A stretch of DNA of 64,000 nucleotides from Spirochaetia bacterium (lineage in GTDB: Bacteria; Spirochaetota; Spirochaetia; DSM-2461). Numbering within the stretch: the stretch's first letter is position 1; every line of letters starts with the position of its first letter. This document shows positions 55,974-64,000 of the stretch, in pieces. Under the pieces are notes generated by a model. It did not search any database. It saw nothing but the letters and a program-made list of their open reading frames with translations, and had not been told where the DNA came from. Position numbers and translations under genes: made by a program. The stretch spans positions 960,001-1,024,000 of the forward strand of contig CAXXIA010000002.1 in assembly GCA_963666985.2 (NCBI GenBank), given 5' to 3'.

Positions 55974-57894
55974 ATGAATTCGGTTTGTTCCGTATTTGAT
56001 TCTTATACTGGGTCGGTGTTAATCCGGTTTCCCTTTTGAATAGGGTACTGAACGAATTCGGAGTTTGAAAACCGACGTCCATGGCTATTTCCGTTACCGG
56101 TTTATCCGTGGAATGAAGCAGTTTTTTGGCTTCGTTCATCCGTACATGGGTAAGATATTCCGAATAGGAATATCCGCTGCTCTTTTTGAATATGGATTTG
56201 AAATAGGATTCACTGATACAGACGGAATCAGCCACATCCTTAACGGAGATAGCCCTGTCGAAATGTTCATCGATATACTTCTTGGCCGATCTGACTATTT
56301 TCTCATATCGGTTTAAATGAGATCGGGTTACCACCTCAATGATTTCCTCGGTCCGTGATTTCAGCCAAGCCGTCAATTGGGTCCGGCTACGGATAATCTC
56401 GGTCTCAGTGAAGTATTGCTCACTTAATCCCAGAAGATCGTCCACGTCGCCTCCGCCTGAAATCGCGGATTCTATCATGGCGCCGAGGAGTTCATAGATA
56501 AGGACTTTCGGCAGTTTGTCGTTTGTACTGCCGTAATGAAAAAGGCGCTGAGAGAGAAGAGGAAGCTGTTCAAGAGCCATTGCGATATCACCGATTCTGA
56601 TGGCCGCAAGAAATACATTTTTTTCATTCAGCGGATACTGCCGACGCACTTCCCCATCCTGAATATCCGAAATGTGAACAACTTGGCTTCCTTCATTCTT
56701 ATTGGCATATTCCAGGGCATTCAATGCCTCATGATAGGATTTCTTCAAATCATCAAGCCCCGAATAACTGCGGCCGATACCGAAATTGAACTGATTCAAC
56801 TCGTCCACCTTTTTTTTCAGGTGCTCACAAATACCGATGGTGCTCATCCGTCCGAAGTCTCCGTCCGACGAATTCGCAAGGCATATGCCCAGCATATCCG
56901 TACCGATGGGAATCAGAATGGATCGGTTCACCCCCAATGTCTGATCCAGGACTCCCGTAACCGCCCTATTCAAGCTATCGTTTTTACTTTGAAATCCGCT
57001 CCTTTTATATTTACCGGTACCCGGCTCTTTCAGCACGATGAACGTATTGATATTTTGAGGAATATTGAGAAGTGCAAACATATCGGAGACCTGCTGATGT
57101 GTGTGGACATCAATGGAAATATCCTGAATAAGGTCTTCCCTGATAAACGCAATAACCTGCTGCATTCTGTACTTGTTTTCTTTGATATCCAGTACAACGC
57201 CGTAACCGAGAAATGATACGCTGAAGAAAGAGCCCAAGTAGTAAATCCACCATTCATGCAGCAATGATCCGAAGAAAAATGTCAGGGCGAAAATCAATTT
57301 TCCCACATTATAAAGAAGCACTCGTTTAAAATTAATATCGCCTTTCCCGGTGCTTTTTCTCACTCTTTGGATCTTATTCACCGAATCCGCGAAAAGGAGA
57401 ATGGCGAGTATCATATAAACCCCGTTGGTAATCTCCCGCCCAAAGTAAGGCGGTGATTTTACCGGAGTTACGGAATCATACGCATTAAGGCTGCCGAGGG
57501 AAAAAATTATCTCGGATCCGGTTGTCGTCAACGTGTTGAATATGCAATATACCGCGCCAAGGATGCTTCCCGCAGCAATCAGAATCCACCCGCGCGGCCT
57601 CTGATTTTTCTCCGGACCGGAAAAATCGGCAAGTATAACCATGGGAATGGTAAGGGCACTGAACACGAAAGAACGAATATTATTGATAATCAAGGGTATG
57701 GGATGAGAACCCGACAGTATCTGAACCGGTCTTCCCAAGAGAAAAAACGCAAAAGAAAACAAAAAAACAATAAAGTACCTTGTGGACTTGGATTTTGAAT
57801 CCTCAATGAAGACAAAATACAAAAAAAGTATAAAAGAGAAGATGGCGGAGAGAACGGGAATCAGAATATTCCCGAATAGAGCTATGAACAGCAT
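55972..57894 (-). CDS. AraC-family regulator with N-terminal 7-TM domain
   Basis: Seven hydrophobic segments; central GIGRSY...SYHEA..AL region; C-terminal AraC double HTH (IAMDVGFQTPNSFSTLFKRETGLTP). Confidence 0.9.
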   Translation of the reverse strand: MLFIALFGNILIPVLSAIFSFILFLYFVFIEDSKSKSTRYFIVFLFSFAFFLLGRPVQILSGSHPIPLIINNIRSFVFSALTIPMVILADFSGPEKNQRPRGWILIAAGSILGAVYCIFNTLTTTGSEIIFSLGSLNAYDSVTPVKSPPYFGREITNGVYMILAILLFADSVNKIQRVRKSTGKGDINFKRVLLYNVGKLIFALTFFFGSLLHEWWIYYLGSFFSVSFLGYGVVLDIKENKYRMQQVIAFIREDLIQDISIDVHTHQQVSDMFALLNIPQNINTFIVLKEPGTGKYKRSGFQSKNDSLNRAVTGVLDQTLGVNRSILIPIGTDMLGICLANSSDGDFGRMSTIGICEHLKKKVDELNQFNFGIGRSYSGLDDLKKSYHEALNALEYANKNEGSQVVHISDIQDGEVRRQYPLNEKNVFLAAIRIGDIAMALEQLPLLSQRLFHYGSTNDKLPKVLIYELLGAMIESAISGGGDVDDLLGLSEQYFTETEIIRSRTQLTAWLKSRTEEIIEVVTRSHLNRYEKIVRSAKKYIDEHFDRAISVKDVADSVCISESYFKSIFKKSSGYSYSEYLTHVRMNEAKKLLHSTDKPVTEIAMDVGFQTPNSFSTLFKRETGLTPTQYKNQIRNKPNS

Positions 57895-57963
57895 ATTGCT
57901 ATTAATATAGCATGGAATGCGAAGCTTAGAAAAAAGGTGTTATATGAAGTAATCTCAAGAATA

Positions 57964-60582
57964 TCAACATTCTTCAATCCCGTTCGTAGCCGAGGGTTCG
58001 AGAATTTCTCCGGACTTCAATTTACCCCGCCCGATCAATATCGCCAGATCGACTAAATTTCGAGGCAGGCCGAATCCGCCTTGGACGGCCAGATAGCGAG
58101 ATTTCCATTCGGGATCGAATTTCTCCTTGTAATTCCGCAATCCCTGGAAATTGTAAAAATTCTCTCCGTGGTGAAACAGCGCGGCGCCGAAACGGTTCCA
58201 TAGGGGAGCCAGCGTAACATCCGGAATCCCGGAGAACGGTGCCATGCCCAGATTGAAGCGCTCGAATCCCGACTCTTTCGCCCACATCATGATCTTCAGA
58301 AACAGAAAATCCATAACGCTCGGCGGGGCGCTGTCGCTATAGCGCATCAAGTCGATGGATATTTCTTTAAAAACCTCGGATTCCCACAGGTTGCTGAACG
58401 CCATTATCCGCCCCGAGGAATCCCTGATTACGGCGGTTCGGAAATGAGAAAGGTAGATCTCGTCGAAATATCCCAGCGAAAAGCCTTTCTCCCGGACATT
58501 TTTATTCTTAAGCCACTCGTCGGATACTCTCCGAAGATTCCCAAGAGCTTCTACGGTTTTTTCAGCATTCAAAACTTCAAATGCGAAGCCCTCTCTGGTC
58601 AAACGATTAATCGTATTCCTGAAAGAAGATCGTTCCCCTCCGGCCAGAGAAAAAGGAATGAGGTTCAATACGGCCGCTTCACCGATTTTATAGATCGTAT
58701 AGCCGAATTCAATGTAGAGCGGAAGGTTGCGTTCGGAAATCTGATAGAATAAAGCATGAGCATCGTCCGCATGCGCGGCGGTTCTGAATTTCACGATTAA
58801 TTCCCGAACGGCGGCATCCGATCCGACGGGATCGCCCATCGAAACCCAAGTTTTCCCGCTGACGCCGTACATGATGAACCCTTCGGGAGTCGTTCCTTCC
58901 CGACGTTCATCCGTATTCGCGAACAAAAACCGTTTATCCGGCAAAAGCGACAGAGAAGATTCACACCCGCCCCATTGCGTCCGCAGCTGCCGTACAACCA
59001 CGCGTTCCGCTTCGGTGGCTACGGCCGGCCCGCCTCCCCCTTTCCTCAGAGATACAAGAAGTGAAATAACAAAGAGGAAAACAGCGGAACCGAGGGTCGC
59101 TCTGAGGAACCGGGAAGCATCGGAAGAAAAACCGAATTGCCAGAACAATTCATGCGTATATTCCACGTGCTTATAAGAAAACATCCCGATCCAGAATCCG
59201 GAAATCAGCATAATGGCCACGAGAAGGAACCAAGCGGGAGAAAGAACATCGGAGGTGATTCGGGATTTCCGATAGAAATACTTTCGGCACGGAATCAGCA
59301 ACAGAAAAAATACCGCCAAAACCGCGGCTTCTTCATAATCCAAACCTTTCAGCAGCGAAAATAAAATTCCGGAAACGTAGACGGCTAATGTCGCATAGTA
59401 CGACAATCGCGTTCTGTTCAATATACCGAGAGCCAGAACCATAAGGAGAACCCCGCTTAGGCTTCCGAGGAAATGAGAGGCTTCCATAACCGGAAACGGA
59501 ATCATGAGTTTTATCCACTTCATCCGTTCCGGAAGCGCCGGTATCGTCCCGGAAATCGTCAGGATACTCCCCCCGATAAACGTCAGTATCGCCATAACGG
59601 TCGGCAGGAAACTCGACATCAGATTCCCGACGGCTCCGAGAGTCCGTCTCGTTTTATCCCCGGCCAAGAAAAGCTCATGAAGCAGGAACAGAATTGCACC
59701 AACCGCCAAAGGAACCAGATAATAAACAAATCTGAACAGCAGCAGTGATGAAAAAAGCAGACTGCTGTCGGTCCGTCCCGCCAGAAGGGCCAGAATCAGA
59801 GATTCAAAAATACCGATACCGCCGGGAATATTACTGAACACCGCCAGGGTTTGAGCGAGAATAAAGGCACTGAAAAACTCAAGGAATCCGATATGAAGCG
59901 ATGAGGGAAGAAGCATGTAGAGAGACAAACCGGCCATAAGCCAGTCGGTCATGCTGAAAAGAATCTGAAAGGGCAGCATTTTCGGCGAGGGTATGGGAAA
60001 AAGATGGCCTTTAATCCGTATAGGTTCCCGCCGTACGAGAATAACGCAGACATAGGCAATCAAAATCATGCCGAAAAGGATTCCCAGCGGCAGGGTTGAA
60101 TGAAAAGGGAAACTCGACGTCTCGGGAACGGTATGAGGCGGCAAAACCAGAATCCCGGATGATACCGAGAAAAGGCCAACCCAGAATGTCAGAAATCCGT
60201 ATCCGATGACTCTGACGATTTCGACGGTGGACAACCCCTGAGCCGAATAGAACCGGTATCGAACGGCGCTTCCGGACAAACCGGAAAAACCGATGTTGTT
60301 TCCGAAAACATAACTGACAAACGAGGTCAACGCCACGGAGCGATACCGAATATGCTTCCCCGAATACCGAACGCCGAGCCAGTCGAAACCGGTCAGCGCC
60401 GTATAGGAAAACATGGCGGCCGCCAAGGATAAAAGGAAACGACATCCCGGGATGCTGCGGATTCCCGTCAGGATGTCCTTCAGACCGTAGGGCCGTAATT
60501 CGTTGTAAATGGAACGGGCGGCCAGAAAAAACAGAACCGGTATGATGATCAGAATCAATACGGAACGCCATTTTATTTTCAT
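57964..60582 (-). CDS. mprF: Bifunctional aminoacyl-phosphatidylglycerol synthase/flippase
   Basis: About 14 TM, PGGIGIFE, MGDPVG, EKGFSLG, DLMRY, NLGMAP, FYNFQGLRNYKEKFDPEW. Confidence 0.96.
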   Translation of the reverse strand: MKIKWRSVLILIIIPVLFFLAARSIYNELRPYGLKDILTGIRSIPGCRFLLSLAAAMFSYTALTGFDWLGVRYSGKHIRYRSVALTSFVSYVFGNNIGFSGLSGSAVRYRFYSAQGLSTVEIVRVIGYGFLTFWVGLFSVSSGILVLPPHTVPETSSFPFHSTLPLGILFGMILIAYVCVILVRREPIRIKGHLFPIPSPKMLPFQILFSMTDWLMAGLSLYMLLPSSLHIGFLEFFSAFILAQTLAVFSNIPGGIGIFESLILALLAGRTDSSLLFSSLLLFRFVYYLVPLAVGAILFLLHELFLAGDKTRRTLGAVGNLMSSFLPTVMAILTFIGGSILTISGTIPALPERMKWIKLMIPFPVMEASHFLGSLSGVLLMVLALGILNRTRLSYYATLAVYVSGILFSLLKGLDYEEAAVLAVFFLLLIPCRKYFYRKSRITSDVLSPAWFLLVAIMLISGFWIGMFSYKHVEYTHELFWQFGFSSDASRFLRATLGSAVFLFVISLLVSLRKGGGGPAVATEAERVVVRQLRTQWGGCESSLSLLPDKRFLFANTDERREGTTPEGFIMYGVSGKTWVSMGDPVGSDAAVRELIVKFRTAAHADDAHALFYQISERNLPLYIEFGYTIYKIGEAAVLNLIPFSLAGGERSSFRNTINRLTREGFAFEVLNAEKTVEALGNLRRVSDEWLKNKNVREKGFSLGYFDEIYLSHFRTAVIRDSSGRIMAFSNLWESEVFKEISIDLMRYSDSAPPSVMDFLFLKIMMWAKESGFERFNLGMAPFSGIPDVTLAPLWNRFGAALFHHGENFYNFQGLRNYKEKFDPEWKSRYLAVQGGFGLPRNLVDLAILIGRGKLKSGEILEPSATNGIEEC

Positions 60583-60883
60583 TCCGCGATACCCCGTTCC
60601 TCATCATTCATTCCGGAAAAACCGGACAGATCCATTCTCAAAGGGACTCCTCCGATAGGACGCAATACGATTTCAGATACGGTAATCGTATTGTACCGCT
60701 TCGGAAGCGTCTACAAACGAATCCGAGAACATGGAGTAATGATATTTTCATGCCTGAAAAAAACGAACTCGCCGAAATAGTCCGGCTTTATACCGAAGAA
60801 ACCGTAAGAAGGCTTTCCCGGGGATAAAGGAATAAGGGGATTGATAAACACAGAGGCTTTTCTCCGCACATGTGCCTCCCCGG

Positions 60884-61813
60884 TTAATTCGCATCCTTCA
60901 TCATGTTCATAAATTCATAAACCGCGGCCGTTCCCTGAGCTCCGCTTCGCGGCCCCATCTCGGTAATGGAGCGGGCCGCGGCCGCATTGGCAAAAGCCGC
61001 GCATTCCTTTAATGGCCAATCATGCAGCAATCCGTAAACAAACGAGGCATTGAACGTATCACCGGCTCCCGTCGTATCCACAGGCCGAACGGGAAAGGCC
61101 GGAGATTGAATCCTCTCACCGTTTTTCGTGATAATTCCGCAGCCGCGGCTTCCCAGCGTTAAAACGATAAGACATCCGCAATCGGTTAAAACGTCCACGG
61201 AATCCGTACCAAAAGAATTCTTAATATTCTCAACACCGCTTTCATTCAGAAAAAGGACATCCCCCATCTTGAGCAATTCAAAATCCTCTTTATTCGCGGA
61301 GATTGTGCTTCGTTCAACATCATAAATAATGCGCACATTGTTCTTTTTCAAATTCGTTAATAAATCAAAGTGTTCCGAATACCGCTTCAGGTCGGTAACG
61401 GTCGTATAAACGGCCTTCGCGTTCAACAAAGCTTCGGACTGCCGTGCCGAAAGAGGCAAATCTTTCCTGTCGTTTTCAACAACCAGAATCGCTCTTTCAC
61501 CCTGGTGAAGAAGAATGATGCACTTGGCGTCGTTAATCTTTTTATCGATGCCGATCAATTCGGAACCGACACCGGCCTGATTCATGGAAGCAATAATATC
61601 TCTCGAAGTATCGCTGTCGTTTAAATAATCAACAAGCGCCGTCTTCACCCCGTACGATGCGATAATCGCCGCGGCATTCGCAATCATACCGCCCATCATC
61701 TTTCCAAGCGGAGAACACAGAACCTTCCCGCCCATTTCAGGGAAATTCTCAAGCCGATAATATTCATCAATGCACGGCGGTCCGATCATGACGACATCGT
61801 AGGCGTGCATCAA
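60884..61813 (-). CDS. PfkB-family carbohydrate kinase
   Basis: GGMIANAA, TLGSRG, DTTGAGDTF. Confidence 0.92.
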   Translation of the reverse strand: MMHAYDVVMIGPPCIDEYYRLENFPEMGGKVLCSPLGKMMGGMIANAAAIIASYGVKTALVDYLNDSDTSRDIIASMNQAGVGSELIGIDKKINDAKCIILLHQGERAILVVENDRKDLPLSARQSEALLNAKAVYTTVTDLKRYSEHFDLLTNLKKNNVRIIYDVERSTISANKEDFELLKMGDVLFLNESGVENIKNSFGTDSVDVLTDCGCLIVLTLGSRGCGIITKNGERIQSPAFPVRPVDTTGAGDTFNASFVYGLLHDWPLKECAAFANAAAARSITEMGPRSGAQGTAAVYEFMNMMKDAN

Positions 61814-62823
61814 ATCAGTTCCATAATTTTCTCGGAAAGCCCCCGGAGATCAATATCGTTTTCCCTCTCAAGAATTTCCAGATAATCCGGCGGAAACGCA
61901 TCGCTTCCGGCGTACGCGCCCAAAATCCCCCCCACCATGGTTGCGACGGTATCCGTATCGTCTCCGATATTCACACCGCCCAAAATTCCCTCAACGGGAT
62001 TGCCCCGGGAGGCAACGATGATTCCGAATACGGTAGGAATCGACTCGACGGCATACAGTCCCGCCCCGACGACATCCCCAAGCTCTTCAATCGCGGAGGG
62101 AACATCGTTATAGCCCAAAGCAATATCGCCGGCCAAACGGATTCTTTTTTCAATCGACGGGCCCGCGAGAACCTGATAAGAGCGCCCCAGCCGATCCCCT
62201 TCACGGGCCCCATACAAACCCGCGTCAAAAATCTTCAAAACATCGGAATCTTCATGCATGGCCATCGCGGTCGCGGCGGCCACGGCACCGGCTCCCGAAA
62301 GGGAAATATTATTGTCGTGCGTTATGCAGCACAAAGTAACCGCATCCCTGATGGCTTTATCGACATCTCCGCCGCTGAAAAGGGCCATCGGGGAAGCCTT
62401 CATTCCCGCGCCGTTGGTGGCCCTTCCGTTGTTATGAATAAACTGATCCTCAACAACCTCTTTCCCTTCAGGCTCACCTTTCAGCCGCAAAATCCCGGCT
62501 CGGGTTGTCGGCCCGCAGAACCTGTTGTAATCGTCGTTGTCGAACCATTTCAGTAAAGCCCTCTTCGCGATTTCCCCGCTCACCCGGCCATTGTTCAAAA
62601 CAATCTCTTCGCAGGCGTAGTAAGCAAGGCTGAAATCATCGGTTATCTGACCGGCTCTGTTGCCCCCGGCGAACGTATCCCGAGGCGGTTCTCTGAATTC
62701 TCCGACATACCCCCCGAAGTCCCTCCGAATTTCGTCCCTGGTTCGAATCTCGGTAGCCGCCCCCATCGCGTCTCCCGCGGCGGCACCGATCAGACATCCT
62801 AAAACACTGTTTTTCATTCTCAT
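61810..62823 (-). CDS. ADP-ribosylglycohydrolase family protein
   Basis: GAAAGDAMG, ITDD, TNGAGMK, GDDTDTVATMVG; start trimmed. Confidence 0.93.
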   Translation of the reverse strand: MRMKNSVLGCLIGAAAGDAMGAATEIRTRDEIRRDFGGYVGEFREPPRDTFAGGNRAGQITDDFSLAYYACEEIVLNNGRVSGEIAKRALLKWFDNDDYNRFCGPTTRAGILRLKGEPEGKEVVEDQFIHNNGRATNGAGMKASPMALFSGGDVDKAIRDAVTLCCITHDNNISLSGAGAVAAATAMAMHEDSDVLKIFDAGLYGAREGDRLGRSYQVLAGPSIEKRIRLAGDIALGYNDVPSAIEELGDVVGAGLYAVESIPTVFGIIVASRGNPVEGILGGVNIGDDTDTVATMVGGILGAYAGSDAFPPDYLEILERENDIDLRGLSEKIMELI

Positions 62824-62968
62824 CTTCCTGTTTTTCTTTTTGAGGGATGATCCCCGCACCGGTCGCCGGATTTATGGATTGACCTTTTCGGCGCCGGGAT
62901 TCCACTCTCGGTTGAGAACTCCGCCCTTATTCATCCGGGAAGAAAAAGATTCTTTTTCTCAACTGGGA

Positions 62969-63075
62969 CAATTCCATAATTCATGAAATCGCCTCAACCC
63001 GATAGCCGAAACCCCTCGGAACTCGCTTGAAAAGGGCTTTGTTTCAAAAATCGCCGATTTTTGAAATCACCTCAA
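62969..63075 (+). repeat. 107-bp dispersed repeat, copy 2
   Basis: Matches the reverse complement of 17549-17655. Confidence 0.9.
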
Positions 63076-63153
63076 CTGTGAACAAAACGTATTCTACACT
63101 TTTCTGTTGCCTCGGGAAGTCAATCAAGACTACAACTGATAAAGAAGAACTCT

Positions 63154-63999
63154 ATGAAAAGAAAGCAAAAGACTCCGCATATCCGATGGAACCGAATTGG
63201 AACAAATCCGAGACTGCAGCTCAAATTCGGAATCAACAGACAAACCTTTCAGCTGAAGCAGATTCCGTCCGAGAAACAAGAATCAATAACATACGCGAAT
63301 GAATACGTTCGTCTTGAAGGGCGCTGGAAAGACATTCCCGGTTTTGGAAACCGTCTTTCCTTTTCCCTCAAGAATATAACCGATGAATCCATCAGAATTA
63401 CACGCCTTATATTCCCCGCCGAAAACGGAATCGACAGCTATGTTTCCTCATTCGATACCCGCAGTCTTTCGTTTTTACGCAACGGATATCAAAGCTGGTC
63501 AACGGCCCGAAGCTATCTGCCGAACGATAAACCCTTGCGCCCCTGGCTGCAGCTTGTCAGTCTGGCGAGCAGCAATACGGCCAATCTTCCCTCCAACATA
63601 CCGGGAGTCTTCAGTTCCGAAATGTATACGGTGGTGAGCGACCGGTCCGACGGCCGCAGCTTCCTCGTCGGCCAAGGACCTCCGTTTAATCAATTTTTCT
63701 ATATCAGACTCAATCTCTACGACAATCCGAATCGGCGCAGCCATTTTGAACTTACCTTCGATTTCGGCAGAAAACTGATATCCCCGGGTGAATCGATCGA
63801 GCTGGATTCAATCTACGTGGCTCTGGGCGGGGCGCAGGAACTGCAGCATGCCTACTTCAGGGAAGTCGGCAAAAAAGCGGGCGTTCGCCTCCGCAGCGAA
63901 AACGTCCGAGGATGGTGCAGCTGGTACTTCGCTTACAATAAAATTTCACCCTCACTCATCAGGGAAAACATCAAAGCTCTTGTCGAAGCTCGTGAAAAA
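63154..63999 (+). CDS. Alpha-galactosidase (GH36-like), 3' end runs off window
   Basis: Manual translation open from ATG 63154 to the window end; LRNGYQSWS and GWCSWY motifs. Confidence 0.82.
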   Translation, partial: MKRKQKTPHIRWNRIGTNPRLQLKFGINRQTFQLKQIPSEKQESITYANEYVRLEGRWKDIPGFGNRLSFSLKNITDESIRITRLIFPAENGIDSYVSSFDTRSLSFLRNGYQSWSTARSYLPNDKPLRPWLQLVSLASSNTANLPSNIPGVFSSEMYTVVSDRSDGRSFLVGQGPPFNQFFYIRLNLYDNPNRRSHFELTFDFGRKLISPGESIELDSIYVALGGAQELQHAYFREVGKKAGVRLRSENVRGWCSWYFAYNKISPSLIRENIKALVEAREK

Positions 64000-64000
64000 T

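Overview
64 kb of ordinary chromosome from what is very probably a free-living spirochaete (inferred from an FlcA-like flagellar collar protein, spirochaete-style 'FAxGxxE' solute-binding-protein signal peptides and a UPF0158-GNAT fusion). Housekeeping genes (glmS, trxA, ssb, manC, ilvE, eno, mprF) are interleaved with Fe3+/thiamine-type, sugar and FecCD-type ABC systems, a TRAP transporter and several regulators. No rRNA, tRNA, CRISPR or transposase was seen. The top candidate for a new system is the divergent pair at 5220-9521. One gene encodes a PhcB-like (Ralstonia fatty-acid methyl-ester quorum-signal synthase) SAM methyltransferase with N-terminal PilZ-like domains. It faces a PhcS-like membrane histidine kinase fused through an Arg-rich linker to REC and an apparently intact HD-GYP domain. 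Together they look like a compact quorum-sensing circuit wired to c-di-GMP. Other notable items: a 157-bp hairpin-rich tandem array that repeats the last 13 nt of glmS; a 107-bp dispersed MITE-like repeat; a DUF3870 operon with two similar hairpin+terminator attenuators; a putative Mo/W-regulated uptake, methyltransferase and radical-SAM cluster with a frameshift; and a kinase with a duplicated TM-HAMP module. All family assignments come from motif recognition by eye, not database searches.
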